DNA from: an uncultured Gemmatimonadaceae bacterium
Lineage (GTDB): Bacteria > Gemmatimonadota > Gemmatimonadetes > Gemmatimonadales > Gemmatimonadaceae
DNA length: 64,000 bases
Assembly (NCBI GenBank): GCA_963740355.1
Contig: CAVUDW010000002.1
Location: 2,304,001 to 2,368,000, forward strand
Direction of reading: 5' to 3'
Positions 1-14,109 of the stretch are shown here, piece by piece. How positions within the stretch are numbered: position 1 is the first letter of the stretch; the number at the start of each line of letters is the position of its first letter. A model generated the notes under the pieces. That model saw only the letters and a list, made by a program, of their open reading frames with translations. It was not told the DNA's origin and ran no database searches. The translations under genes were made by a program, and so were the position numbers.

Positions 1-1044
1 TGGCAAGCTGGCGCACTGCCCACCCTGGAGCGCGCGGTGGGCGAGTCGCTGTTTGCTCATGCGGATTTCCGGATTCGGATCGCGATGATCAATGGCGCTG
101 CCGTGAAGCACCAACCGGCCTACGCGGCGCCGATCGCAGCGCTGGGCACGGACCGCGATTCACGGGTGCGAGCCAGTGTCATCACAGCGATGGCAGGATA
201 CACTGCACCTGTGCGCGATTCGTTCGGCTGGCGATCACTGCGCGAAACGGCCCGACGTGACGACGACGTCGGAGTCCGACAGGCGGTGCTGGAGACGATC
301 ATCCGCACGGCCACTGCTGCCGATGTCGACGAGGCCCTTGATGGCTACCAGCGTGCCTTGGCGGACACGGCGAGTGATGCACGCGAAGCGGCATTGTCGG
401 TGATCGCGAGTGCCTGGCGACGCGATAGTGCCTCCTTCACCGACTCGATTGTCACACGGCTTCGATCACTCGCCCCGTCCTCTGACCCGCTGCTGCGCCA
501 ACGTGTGCGCAACGTCTCGCCGATGGGGCACTGGGCGTCCGGATCGGCGTCGCGCGCCTCAGCGGCAGACTACGAGCGGATCGTCCGCGAAATCATCGCG
601 CCCAGTCTCCAGGGGCAGACGCTCCACCTGGCACTGGAAACCGCGCGAGGACAGGTCCGGATCGCACTCGATGGGGTACAGGCTCCGATGACTGCGGACC
701 ATTTCATCCGCCTGTCGCGGTCCGGCTACTTCCGGAACCTGCGCTTCCATCGTGTGGTGCCGGCCTTCGTCGCGCAGGGCGGGGATCCGCGTGGCGACGG
801 GAGCGGCGGACCCGGCTACGCAATCCGCGACGAGCTGAACCGAAGCGACTACTCCCGCGGCGCGGTCGGCATGGCGCTGTCGGGGCCAGACACCGGTGGC
901 TCACAGTTCTTCCTCACGCTGGCACCGCAGCCGCACCTGAATGGTCACTACACTGTCTTTGGACGCGTGGTGGCTGGCCTCGAGGCAATGGATGCGCTCG
1001 TTCAGGGCGACACCTTGCGAAATATCCGACCCATTCCTGAATGA
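1..1044 (+). CDS. HEAT-repeat plus cyclophilin-type peptidyl-prolyl cis-trans isomerase (5' truncated by window edge)
   Basis: Frame is open from position 1; C-terminal cyclophilin motifs FHRVVPAFVAQGGDP, GAVGMALSGPDTGGSQFF and HLNGHYTVFG; HEAT-like repeats upstream. Confidence 0.9.
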   Translation, partial: WQAGALPTLERAVGESLFAHADFRIRIAMINGAAVKHQPAYAAPIAALGTDRDSRVRASVITAMAGYTAPVRDSFGWRSLRETARRDDDVGVRQAVLETIIRTATAADVDEALDGYQRALADTASDAREAALSVIASAWRRDSASFTDSIVTRLRSLAPSSDPLLRQRVRNVSPMGHWASGSASRASAADYERIVREIIAPSLQGQTLHLALETARGQVRIALDGVQAPMTADHFIRLSRSGYFRNLRFHRVVPAFVAQGGDPRGDGSGGPGYAIRDELNRSDYSRGAVGMALSGPDTGGSQFFLTLAPQPHLNGHYTVFGRVVAGLEAMDALVQGDTLRNIRPIPE

Positions 1045-1682
1045 TCGCTCGTTCAATAATCCTCCTTGGCGCCACGACGCTAGCAGCCTGCGCGCCGAAG
1101 CTTGCTCCGCTGGTGAATGCCACGCCGGTGGCACAGCAGCGCGAGCCGCTGCCGGTCATCGAGCTCCCGCGCCATAGTCAGCGGATTGTGTTCAACTGGC
1201 GGCTCCAGGAGTCGGAACTGGAGGTGCGCGGCGAAGGTGCAGCGCGAATCTCGGCCCCCGACTCCGCTCGCGTCGACCTGTTCGTGGCAGGCGGGCTCGG
1301 AAGCGGTGCCGCCTGGGTGATCGGGGAGGAGATGCGCCTCGAGGCTCCCGAGTCGCTCCGGCGCGTCCTCCCGCCGCCCGCCTTTCTCTGGGCGGCGCTC
1401 GGCAGGTTCTCGATTCCACCTGGAAAGGACACCGTCGTCGCCCGAACCGATAGCACGGTGACCGCGGAAATCGGCCCGTCACCCCGTTGGCGGGTCTCCA
1501 TCCGCAGCGGGCGCGTGACGCGGCTCGAGCGCGCGGAGGGGGACAAGGTCGTCGACCGGCTCGAGCGTCGGGACGATGGATCGCTAGTTTACTTTCACGC
1601 GCCGACCCGACGGCAGCTCACGCTCACGATCACGCGGACCGATTCTGTCGCACCGTTCGATGCCTCGATCTGGAAGCCGTAG
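1041..1682 (+). CDS. Lipoprotein, possibly LolB/LolA-fold
   Basis: Lipobox LAAC after hydrophobic signal; ATGA overlap with the upstream gene; beta-rich sequence. Confidence 0.6.
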   Translation: MIARSIILLGATTLAACAPKLAPLVNATPVAQQREPLPVIELPRHSQRIVFNWRLQESELEVRGEGAARISAPDSARVDLFVAGGLGSGAAWVIGEEMRLEAPESLRRVLPPPAFLWAALGRFSIPPGKDTVVARTDSTVTAEIGPSPRWRVSIRSGRVTRLERAEGDKVVDRLERRDDGSLVYFHAPTRRQLTLTITRTDSVAPFDASIWKP

Positions 1683-2169
1683 GGCTGCGCTGCTCGCGCT
1701 GGGCTGTATCGTCGCCCTCAGCGGGTGTGTATACGGCTTTGCCGGCGGTGGGCTTCCACCCACCGTCCGCACCATTGCCATCATCCCCTTCGACAACCAG
1801 ACGCCATCCGCCGAGCTCCAAGGCGAGTTCATGGCACGGCTGCGGAAGGAGCTCCGGGCTCGACTGGGCGTCCGAGAGGCCGGTGAAGCGCAGGCCAGTG
1901 CCGTCGTTCGTGGCCTCATCACACGTTACGAACCGGACATCCCAATCGCCTTCTCTGCGGACCGCACGCAATCGGTGGCCGCCCGTCGGAAACTGATGCT
2001 TACGATCGACATCGAGATCTACGACCAGGTCGCCGGACGCGTGCTCTGGTCGCGCAAGGGGATGACCGCCGAGGGCGAGTACGCCGAACGCGCCGAAGCG
2101 GATGGTCGCCGGCAGGCAATCGAAAAGCTCGTCAACGACGTCATTGAGGGAGCTCAGTCACAATGGTGA
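1660..2169 (+). CDS. lptE: LPS assembly lipoprotein LptE family
   Basis: Lipobox LSGC-x-YGF, TIAIIPFDNQT, typical LptE-like end VNDVIEGAQSQW. Confidence 0.75.
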   Translation: MPRSGSRRAALLALGCIVALSGCVYGFAGGGLPPTVRTIAIIPFDNQTPSAELQGEFMARLRKELRARLGVREAGEAQASAVVRGLITRYEPDIPIAFSADRTQSVAARRKLMLTIDIEIYDQVAGRVLWSRKGMTAEGEYAERAEADGRRQAIEKLVNDVIEGAQSQW

Positions 2170-2516
2170 TGCGCCGCGGCAGTGGAACAGGCGGATGTCT
2201 CGTGTGGATCGCACTTGTCGCCGCTGCCGTCGTCTTCGGATGGCCAGCCGCCAAGGTCTACATGCGCGCGTACGAATACGAAGACGCGCTGCGCCAGACA
2301 CTGCTGCATGCCAAGGCGGACAACGACGAGGGGATGCAGGCACGGATGCGTGCGTCGGCCGATTCCATCGGCGACCTGCCGGACGCAGCGTATGACATCA
2401 CCGTCGATCGACGCGAAGGTATGATTCGCCTCACGGCCAGCTACACCGACACGATCAAGTTCCCGGTCGCTCCGCGCCCCGTGACCCATCGCTTCAGCGT
2501 CGAGCGATCGGAGTGA
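2163..2516 (+). CDS. Small membrane-anchored hypothetical protein with pilin-like N-terminus
   Basis: RRG followed by hydrophobic segment; coupled to flanking genes. Confidence 0.6.
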   Translation: MVMRRGSGTGGCLVWIALVAAAVVFGWPAAKVYMRAYEYEDALRQTLLHAKADNDEGMQARMRASADSIGDLPDAAYDITVDRREGMIRLTASYTDTIKFPVAPRPVTHRFSVERSE

Positions 2517-3007
2517 ACCCAGCCTCGCCGCTGGAGCACATTCGATCCTGGAACGACGCACGGCAGTGGCGCGACGCACAACGGGGACGCGTGGTGTTCA
2601 CGAACGGTGTCTTCGACCTGCTGCATCCCGGGCATGTGGACGTGCTGCTCGGTGCACGCGCCTGCGGCGATGTGCTGATCGTCGGCATCAACAGCGACGA
2701 CTCCGTGCGCCGGTTGAACAAGGGGCCGGAGCGTCCGGTGCGTACGGCTGCCGACCGCGCCTACGTCCTCGCGGCACTGGCCGTCGTCGACTGCGTCACC
2801 GTCTTCGATCAGGACACACCGCTCGAGCTGATTCAGTTACTGCGACCAGACGTCATCGTGAAGGGTGGCGACTATGATCCGTCCACCGTCGTTGGCGCAG
2901 TCGAGACCCGCGCCCGCGGCGGCGACGTCGTGATCATCCCGCTCACACCGGGACACTCCACAACCGCGACCATCGCGAAACTTCGTTCCGGAATGCCTGA
3001 TGCCTGA
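2513..3007 (+). CDS. rfaE2: D-glycero-beta-D-manno-heptose 1-phosphate adenylyltransferase
   Basis: [34 protein letters not shown] and STT motifs. Confidence 0.93.
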   Translation: MNPASPLEHIRSWNDARQWRDAQRGRVVFTNGVFDLLHPGHVDVLLGARACGDVLIVGINSDDSVRRLNKGPERPVRTAADRAYVLAALAVVDCVTVFDQDTPLELIQLLRPDVIVKGGDYDPSTVVGAVETRARGGDVVIIPLTPGHSTTATIAKLRSGMPDA

Positions 3008-3731
3008 GCTCGTCCGATCGTACAACCGCCAGCTGCACGAAATGCGACCCGTCACGATCGAGCGCAATGTCACTCCGTACGCGGAAGGATCGTGCCTCAT
3101 CAACTTCGGCGAGACCAAGGTGCTCTGCACCGCCACCGTCGAGGAAGGTGTTCCCGGCTGGCGCAAAGGGAGCAAGCTGGGGTGGCTGACCGCCGAGTAT
3201 GCAATGCTGCCGCGTGCGACCCGCACGCGCACGTCGCGCGAGCGTGGGCAGGTCGGTGGCCGCACGCAGGAAATTCAGCGTCTCATCGGTCGCAGCGTCC
3301 GCGCGATGCTGAGCGGTTTCGACTTCGGTGAGCGAACGATCAAGGTCGACTGCGATGTCCTGCTGGCCGATGGCGGAACGCGCACTGCAGCCATCACCGG
3401 CGCCTGTGTCGCGGTGTCGGATGCCTTCTCGTGGCTGATGGCGCAGGGCACGCTGACGGTCTCACCAGTCATCCATCGCGTGGCAGCCGTGAGTGTTGGT
3501 GTGGTCGATGGATTCCCGGTGCTCGATCTCGACTATCCCGAGGACGTCCGCGCTGGTGTGGACATGAACGTGGTGATGGTCGATAGCGGAAAATTCGTTG
3601 AGGTGCAGGGCACCGGTGAACACGCGACCTTCGATCGCGGCGAACTGGATGCGCTGCTGGGGCTCGCCTCATCGGGAATCAAGGCGCTCGACGAGGCACA
3701 GCTGCGAGCGCTCGCGACACCGCGTGTCTAG
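3000..3731 (+). CDS. rph: Ribonuclease PH
   Basis: [45 protein letters not shown]. Confidence 0.97.
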   Translation: MPELVRSYNRQLHEMRPVTIERNVTPYAEGSCLINFGETKVLCTATVEEGVPGWRKGSKLGWLTAEYAMLPRATRTRTSRERGQVGGRTQEIQRLIGRSVRAMLSGFDFGERTIKVDCDVLLADGGTRTAAITGACVAVSDAFSWLMAQGTLTVSPVIHRVAAVSVGVVDGFPVLDLDYPEDVRAGVDMNVVMVDSGKFVEVQGTGEHATFDRGELDALLGLASSGIKALDEAQLRALATPRV

Positions 3732-3764
3732 TGCGATCGATCTGCCGGTAGACCAGGCGCGCGT

Positions 3765-4398
3765 GTGACGAAGTGGATCATCGCCACGCGCAGTCGTGGC
3801 AAGCTCGCGGAACTGATGCCGCTGCTGTCGGCGTACGGGATCGTCGCCATCGGCCTTGATGCAGCCGGTATCGCTGAGGAGCCCGAAGAAGCCGGCATCG
3901 AGATCTTCCCGACCTTCGAGGAGAATGCGCTCGCCAAGGCGCGCTGGTTCGCCGAGCGCACCGGGCAGCCATGTCTCGCCGACGATTCCGGCTTGTGCAT
4001 CGATGTGCTGGATGGACTGCCTGGTGTGCGAAGCCGTCGCTTTGCAAGTGACCGCGGCGTCATCCATGCTGGCGGCGATGCACGAAGACGCCGCCAACGC
4101 CGAGGCAATGCTCGACGCGTGCTGGGACAGCGGGCGCGCACCGCCGTGGGCAGCGTATTACGCCTGCGCAGCAGCCTTCGTCGATGCGTCGCGCGAAGTC
4201 GTCGCACTTGGGCGCACCGACGGTGCAATCGTCCCGGATCGCAGCGGAGGTGGTGGATTCGGCTACGATCCGTGGTTCATGAGCAGCGACCTTGGGCTGT
4301 CGTTTGCTGCCGCGTCACGGGAGGCGAAACAGCGTGTCAGTCACAGGGGGCGTGCCTTCGCGAACCTGTTGTCGCAACTCACTGCCGCAGTCTCGTAA
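3765..4398 (+). CDS. rdgB: Non-canonical purine NTP pyrophosphatase (RdgB/HAM1), split by a +1 frameshift near 4070-4082
   Basis: N-half (frame of 3765): IIATRSRGK, TFEENALAKA, ADDSGL. C-half (frame of 3856): GGFGYDPWF, KQRVSHRGRA. Canonical position after rph. Confidence 0.85.
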
Positions 4399-4409
4399 GT
4401 GATTGCCCG

Positions 4410-4438
4410 TTGACGAGGCCGCCCGACCCCGTTACTCT
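4410..4438 (+). promoter_or_regulatory. Sigma70-type promoter of tRNA cluster
   Basis: TTGACG-17 nt-TACTCT, 11 nt upstream of tRNA-Pro. Confidence 0.7.
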
Positions 4439-4449
4439 CGGGGTTCGTG

Positions 4450-4523
4450 CGGGGCGTAGCGTAGTCCGGTAGCGCGCCTGCTTTGGGAGCAGGAGGTCGC
4501 CGGTTCGAATCCGGCCGCCCCGA
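4450..4523 (+). tRNA. tRNA-Pro(TGG)
   Basis: CGGGGCG/CGCCCCG acceptor stem, anticodon arm CCTGC-TTTGGGA-GCAGG, T-loop GTTCGAATC; CCA not encoded. Confidence 0.97.
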
Positions 4524-4566
4524 TCTGTGTGCCTCCGCACGAGCACCTGACGTGCGGCATCATGAA

Positions 4567-4640
4567 GCGCCAGTAGCTCAGTTGGATAGAGCGGCAGCCT
4601 TCTAAGCTGCGGGTCGGGGGTTCGATTCCCTCCTGGCGCG
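4567..4640 (+). tRNA. tRNA-Arg(TCT)
   Basis: GCGCCAG/CTGGCGC stem, anticodon arm GCAGC-CTTCTAA-GCTGC, GTTCGATTC. Confidence 0.97.
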
Positions 4641-4653
4641 TTTGCAGTAGCAA

Positions 4654-4725
4654 GCTCCGATAGCTCAATGGTAGAGCAGCTGACTCTTAATCAGTAGGTT
4701 GTAGGTTCGAGTCCTACTCGGAGCA
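4654..4725 (+). tRNA. tRNA-Lys(CTT)
   Basis: GCTCCGA/TCGGAGC stem, anticodon loop CTCTTAA, GTTCGAGTC. Confidence 0.96.
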
Positions 4726-4726
4726 T

Positions 4727-4764
4727 AAGGCGGCGGTCATCATCTGATGGCCGCCGCTTTTTTT
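4727..4764 (+). terminator. Rho-independent terminator after tRNA cluster
   Basis: GCGGCGGTCATC...GATGGCCGCCGC hairpin followed by T7. Confidence 0.9.
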
Positions 4765-4798
4765 GCGTCCATCTGCGGTCGACGGTATCGTCCGCCCA

Positions 4799-6079
4799 AT
4801 GCCCATCACGCGGCGCCTGCGCCTCATCACGCTGCTGCTCTCTGCCATGGTCCCTGCCATGCTCGGTGCGCAGGAGCCGGCGCCGCACGCCGCGCACACG
4901 GCCAGCGGCCGGCGAGACTCGCTCTCCGTCATGGCCACGGTGCTCGGCACACGCACCTCGCCCGCCTTCGCCGGTCGCGCACGGACGGAACTGCTCGTCA
5001 CACAACCAATGCTCGCGCTTCGTGGCGCACGTTTCGGTCGTGCGCTGCAGTATGCAGCCATGCTCAACGCCGAGCACTGGACCATGCCGAACGGCGAACC
5101 TGTGGCGGGAATCTGGGGCGAGGGTTTCATCGATCGTCGGCATCCGCATACGGTCGTGCACGAAGTCATGGTGTCGGGCGAGCGTGCATTTCGAGGCACT
5201 CGCGTGTCGATCTCCGCGGGCAAGGGAGTCATTCCTTTCGGCACCGATGACCCGATGGTGCGGCCGTTCACCAAGTATCCGGCCAACCATCACTTCACAC
5301 AGATTCTCGAGCGCCTTCAGGTCACCGGCGCGATTCGATTGTCAGAAGGCGTCTCGCTCGAGGTTGCCGCCTTCAACGGCGACGAACCTGTCGGAACCAC
5401 CTCGCCGCCGCGCTGGGATCGCTTCGGTGACTCACGTTCAGTGCGACTCAGTGTCTGGCCGGTTCCTCAGCTCGAGGTGCAAGGCAGTGCGGCGTTCGTG
5501 CGATCGCCGGAATTCGCGAGCGGCGCTGGGCTCGACCAGGAGAAGGCGAGTACCAGCGTGCGCTGGACGCCAGCGTCCGGTGTGCTCGAGTATCTGCTGG
5601 TGGAGTGGGCGCGCACGGCCGAGACGTATCGGTCGCGGGCGATTGTCGACTATGGCACCGTGTTGGCCGAAGCGCGCGCCACGCGGCGTCGCGTCGGTGT
5701 CGCGATTCGTCTCGAGCAGACGTCGCGCCCGGAGGAGGAGCGTCTGCTCGATCCGTTCCGCACGTCACGCCCTCCGTCGGACCTGACGATTCGAGGCGTC
5801 ACACGGTGGCAGCTCGCCTCGGCGCAGCTCGCTGTCGCGTTGCCACGGGTCCGTGTCGCTCAGGGTACGGTGTTCACTGAGCTGACCCGCGCGCACTCGA
5901 CGCCGATCCTGCGGCCGGTGCTGCTCGATCCTGCCGACATCAGCGGATCGAGGCGATCGTGGCTCTGGTCCGTCGGACTGCGGTTCGGCGCTGGTGCGAT
6001 GCCGGCTCGTGTGGGCCGGTATGGCGCTGCGGCCGGAGGCGGCGCGACCAATGCGATGCTCACGATGACGCACCAGTGA
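4799..6079 (+). CDS. Secreted hypothetical protein, probable outer-membrane beta-barrel with His-containing motifs
   Basis: Signal peptide (LITLLLSAMVPAMLGA-Q), amphipathic beta-strands, DRRHPH and NHH motifs; start chosen at ATG 4799. Confidence 0.65.
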   Translation: MPITRRLRLITLLLSAMVPAMLGAQEPAPHAAHTASGRRDSLSVMATVLGTRTSPAFAGRARTELLVTQPMLALRGARFGRALQYAAMLNAEHWTMPNGEPVAGIWGEGFIDRRHPHTVVHEVMVSGERAFRGTRVSISAGKGVIPFGTDDPMVRPFTKYPANHHFTQILERLQVTGAIRLSEGVSLEVAAFNGDEPVGTTSPPRWDRFGDSRSVRLSVWPVPQLEVQGSAAFVRSPEFASGAGLDQEKASTSVRWTPASGVLEYLLVEWARTAETYRSRAIVDYGTVLAEARATRRRVGVAIRLEQTSRPEEERLLDPFRTSRPPSDLTIRGVTRWQLASAQLAVALPRVRVAQGTVFTELTRAHSTPILRPVLLDPADISGSRRSWLWSVGLRFGAGAMPARVGRYGAAAGGGATNAMLTMTHQ

Positions 6080-6149
6080 CCGACGGACGCAGTGTCAATC
6101 GACCACATCGATCGCCGTGCGCGTCGTGGACCCGTCTGTGCGTACCGAT

Positions 6150-6184
6150 TGTATGTCGACGTGTATGTCGACTTGTATGTCGAC
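6150..6184. repeat. 12-bp tandem repeat (TGTATGTCGACN) x3
   Basis: Units start at 6150, 6162 and 6174. Confidence 0.9.
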
Positions 6185-6270
6185 GAACGAGTTCAGTCCG
6201 GCGAGACGAAATCGCTGACGTCCTTGTTGGCGCGCGATTGCGCATGTCTTTCAGTATTCGGAGCCTGAGA

Positions 6271-7479
6271 ATGCAAGCGATCCTGCGTGTCGTGCTGGCG
6301 ACGGTGTTCGGCGGAGTTGCCGCCTGTGGCTCGAACGGGGGCAAGGAGACTCCCCCGGAGCCGATCCCGCCCTCCGTCACGGCCCTTGCCACGCTGGGGC
6401 AGGGGACGCTCACAAATCGCTATAGCGCTGAGATCAGTGCAGGTGCGCGGTACGCGTACAGCTCGACGTGGGGCACGCGCAGCAATGTGCGCGGGAATGC
6501 GGTCTTCGTGTGGGATCTCGCCACGACGCAATCCACGCTGGTCGACAGCCTGATCGTCGCAGACGCCGGCACCACCGGCGATGTGCAGGTGGTGCCGGAC
6601 GCGAACCTGCTGGTGGTTGCGGTGGAGCCGTCGACACACGGCGCGATCGTGTTGTACGACATCGTCGATGGCGCGCATCCCGTGTTCATCGGCAGGTACG
6701 AGACGCCCAATACCATCAACGGTGTGCACACGGCGCAGGTCTCACGTGTTGATGGAAAGCTGTATGCGTTCCTCTGCATCGATCCTCGCGGTTCCGAGCC
6801 GGCGAAATTGGTGATCGTCGACATCAGCGATCCCCGTGCGCCGGTGGAGAAGTCCGTGCAGGTGCTGGGAGCGCCATACATCCACGATGTCTTCGTACGT
6901 GATGGCATTCTGCTGACCGCGGAATGGAACAACGGCATGGCGGCCTACGACATCGGTGGCGGTGGACGTGGTGGTACGCCATCAGCGCCGGTGCTGCTTG
7001 GTCGCGTGCAGACGGTGGGTGGGAGTGCGCACAACGTGTATTGGCTGCGCGATGCGGTCAGTGGTGCGCGGTACGCGTTCGTCGGTGAAGAGGGGCCAGG
7101 TGCGGTAGGCTCGTCATCGGTCGGTGATGTGCATGTGATCGACGTGACGTCGTGGTCTGCGATGCGTGAAGTGGCATGGTTCAGCGTGAGTGGTGCGGGA
7201 ACGCACAACTTCTGGGTCGATGAGTCGAGCGGGGTGCTGTATGCGGCGTACTACAACGCGGGCATCCGTGCGGTGGACGTGCGTGGCGATCTCTCGACCT
7301 GTGCGGTGTCGGCGCGTGATGCGGCGGGTCGCTGCAACCTCGCGATGATGGGGCGCTTGCTGGGGACGGCGCTGGTGTCGGAGGGGGTGTACGTGTGGGG
7401 TGTCGACGGGGCGTCGGGGAGTGTGTTGGCGTCGGACATGCTGCGGGGGGTGTGGCGTGTGGCGCGGGTGTCGCGGTAG
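6271..7479 (+). CDS. LVIVD-repeat beta-propeller lipoprotein
   Basis: Lipobox VAAC; repeats LVIVDISDPRAP, IHDVFVRD, AHN/THN, AYYNAGIRAVDV; start chosen at ATG 6271. Confidence 0.8.
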   Translation: MQAILRVVLATVFGGVAACGSNGGKETPPEPIPPSVTALATLGQGTLTNRYSAEISAGARYAYSSTWGTRSNVRGNAVFVWDLATTQSTLVDSLIVADAGTTGDVQVVPDANLLVVAVEPSTHGAIVLYDIVDGAHPVFIGRYETPNTINGVHTAQVSRVDGKLYAFLCIDPRGSEPAKLVIVDISDPRAPVEKSVQVLGAPYIHDVFVRDGILLTAEWNNGMAAYDIGGGGRGGTPSAPVLLGRVQTVGGSAHNVYWLRDAVSGARYAFVGEEGPGAVGSSSVGDVHVIDVTSWSAMREVAWFSVSGAGTHNFWVDESSGVLYAAYYNAGIRAVDVRGDLSTCAVSARDAAGRCNLAMMGRLLGTALVSEGVYVWGVDGASGSVLASDMLRGVWRVARVSR

Positions 7480-7546
7480 GTGTGCAGCTGGTGTGCAGCT
7501 GGTGTGTGGCGGTGTGTGGCGGTGTGTGGCGGTGTGTGGCGGTGTG
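7479..7546. repeat. G/T-rich tandem array: (GGTGTGCAGCT)x2 then (GGTGTGTGGC)x4 plus a partial unit
   Basis: Read directly; lies just upstream of rrn P1. Confidence 0.9.
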
Positions 7547-7568
7547 AGAACGCGCGTGTCGACAGGGG

Positions 7569-7597
7569 TTGCATTTGGCTGGGATTTCGCCTACTTT
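7569..7597 (+). promoter_or_regulatory. rrn P1 promoter
   Basis: TTGCAT-17 nt-TACTTT. Confidence 0.7.
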
Positions 7598-7666
7598 CGC
7601 ATCCCCCTCAGTGAACGGGCGGCGAAGCATCGCGAAAGCGAGCAAGTCGAAAGTTGAGAGAGGGGG

Positions 7667-7695
7667 TTGACGGACTCGGCAACGCTGAGTATCCT
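7667..7695 (+). promoter_or_regulatory. rrn P2 promoter
   Basis: TTGACG-17 nt-TATCCT, about 100 bp after P1, the usual tandem rrn arrangement. Confidence 0.75.
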
Positions 7696-7894
7696 TCAAG
7701 ACTCCCGGCGAAACGCTGGGACCGCTGATTGAAAATTGAATCGAGAGAGATGGATGTTTGAGGCGATCTCGTTTGAGCGACGGTGTGCAGAGCGCCGCGC
7801 GAGAGATTGAACTCTGATTTTTAATGATTCCGGACCGTCTCATGATGGTCCAGTAATGGGTGTTGTGAGCGGTTCGCGAGAGCTAGTTGAATTC

Positions 7895-9420
<1,526 letters not shown>

Positions 9421-9673
9421 ACGGAGTCCGCGAGTAGACCTGGATGGCAACGTCCTGGGTTGAAAGCGACTCAGTAGTCGCCGCCTCGGCATCCTATCTC
9501 TCGATTCAGTTTCAGTGGTGTGCAGCGCGCTGGCTTCGGCTGGCGTTGGGCACCGTTGTTTGACAAGTGATGAAGGCAGTAATGATCGTGGGAAATGGAA
9601 TCACATCGAGATATGTGGAAATTTTGCATATCACTCGAAGCAGATTTGCGCGATTGGCTTGACCGGTTAGGGA

Positions 9674-12618
<2,945 letters not shown>

Positions 12619-12742
12619 CCCAATACTGTGACCAGCACGCAAAAGCCTGGTCACTTACGCAACTCGGTTGCGTCGCCAATCGCGAAATCTGCGACGTGGT
12701 TTCATTACCCACGATCATCTGCCTTCATCACTTGACTAATTC

Positions 12743-12858
12743 GCTGGCGACTAGAGCGTCGGGGCCACACTCGTTCCCATTCCGAACACGATCGTTAAGC
12801 CCGACAGCGCCGATGGTACTCCGGCCGCGAGGTCGCGGGAGAGTAGGCCGTCGCCGGC
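12743..12858 (+). rRNA. rrf: 5S rRNA
   Basis: CCCATTCCGAACAC, GCCGATGGTACT, GGGAGAGTAGG; terminal stem GCTGGCGAC/GTCGCCGGC. Confidence 0.96.
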
Positions 12859-12865
12859 ACCTTTG

Positions 12866-12902
12866 CGAAACCCCCGGTTGCTTCATGCAACCGGGGGTTT
12901 CG
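12866..12902 (+). terminator. rrn terminator hairpin
   Basis: CGAAACCCCCGGTTGC...GCAACCGGGGGTTTCG perfect inverted repeat. Confidence 0.85.
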
Positions 12903-12951
12903 TGTGTTTACTATTTTCCGAACGCCGATCCGCGTTCCCACCTCGAGTACC

Positions 12952-13872
12952 ATGCCCGATCCCACACCGAACGACCCGACCCCGACCAACCCAACACCCC
13001 CTACCACCCGGGCCGGACACGTCGCACTGGTCGGAAAGCCCAATGCCGGAAAATCGACGCTCCTCAATCGACTCCTCGGACTCAAGCTCGCCATCACCAG
13101 CCCCAAACCGCAGTCCACCCGCGTCTCCGCTGTCGGTATCGTCTCGACCGACGACTACCAGATGGTGCTCCTCGACACGCCTGGCCTGCTCGATCCGAGC
13201 TACACGCTCCAACGCAGCATGCTCGCCAGCGCCATCGCCGCCCTCCGTGATGCCGATGTCGCTGTTTATGTGCATGATGCGACGAATGGACCGCCGCCGC
13301 CACTCGAATCGCTGGTGCCACCCGGCACGCCACTCCCGCGCACGCAGCTGACCTGGGCCAACAAGGCCGACCTGCTCAACACGGGCAATCGTGCCAGCCT
13401 CGCCGCACTGCCCAATGTGATCGTCGGCAGCGCCAACGATGGCGACGGCATCGAGGAACTCCTGACACGCGTGGCCGAGCACCTGCCGCTGTCGCCGTTC
13501 CTCTATCCCGCCGACGAGCTGAGCACCCAACCGGTCCGGTTCTTCGCCGCCGAGGCGATCCGCGAATCAGCGTTGGCCATCCTGCACGAAGAGGTGCCCT
13601 ACGGCATCTTCGTCGATATCGAGGAGTTCCGGGAAACCAAGACGCCGATCTATATCCGCGCCGTGGTGTACGTCGAGCGCGACAGCCAGAAGGGCATTGT
13701 GCTCGGCGCCAAGGGCAAGACGATTCGCGAAATTGGGACGGCCGCCCGTGTGCTCATCGAACGCCTCGTGGAAGGGGCGGTGTACCTCGATCTCTGGGTC
13801 AAGGTCATGCCCGACTGGCGCAAGGACGCGGTTGCGCTTCGCCGCTTCGGATTCACCGTCCCGCAGGAGTGA
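12952..13872 (+). CDS. era: GTPase Era
   Basis: GKPNAGKSTL, TSPKPQST, DTPG, NKAD, KH domain with EEVPY and YLDLWVKV. Confidence 0.96.
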   Translation: MPDPTPNDPTPTNPTPPTTRAGHVALVGKPNAGKSTLLNRLLGLKLAITSPKPQSTRVSAVGIVSTDDYQMVLLDTPGLLDPSYTLQRSMLASAIAALRDADVAVYVHDATNGPPPPLESLVPPGTPLPRTQLTWANKADLLNTGNRASLAALPNVIVGSANDGDGIEELLTRVAEHLPLSPFLYPADELSTQPVRFFAAEAIRESALAILHEEVPYGIFVDIEEFRETKTPIYIRAVVYVERDSQKGIVLGAKGKTIREIGTAARVLIERLVEGAVYLDLWVKVMPDWRKDAVALRRFGFTVPQE

Positions 13873-13892
13873 TCGTGCCGTCTGGAGCCAAC

Positions 13893-14066
13893 ATGCCGAC
13901 ACTTCCATCCGACCTGCTTGCCATTCTGCGATGCCCGAGGTGCAAGGGGCACCTGAGGCTCGTCGAAGGCGATCGGCCATCTCTCGAATGCCCCGTCTGC
14001 CGACTCGGATATGCGATCCGGGACGGCATCCCGATCATGCTGATCGACGAGGCTTCTTCGCTCTGA
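13893..14066 (+). CDS. Trm112/YcaR family protein
   Basis: LLAILRCPRCKGHL...CPVCRLGYAIRDGIPIML. Confidence 0.9.
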   Translation: MPTLPSDLLAILRCPRCKGHLRLVEGDRPSLECPVCRLGYAIRDGIPIMLIDEASSL

Positions 14067-14109
14067 TCCGCTCGAGCTTGCCTCGGGTCCGCTGGATCGT
14101 CTCTCTCGG

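Noticed and set aside
4450..7479. Possible genomic island at the Pro-Arg-Lys tRNA cluster
   Set aside because: No integrase and no duplicated tRNA end seen; a normal terminator follows tRNA-Lys.
7479..7546. Tandem repeats here and at 6150-6184 as CRISPR arrays
   Set aside because: Units are 10-12 bp with no unique spacers and no cas genes; no CRISPR array was found in the window.
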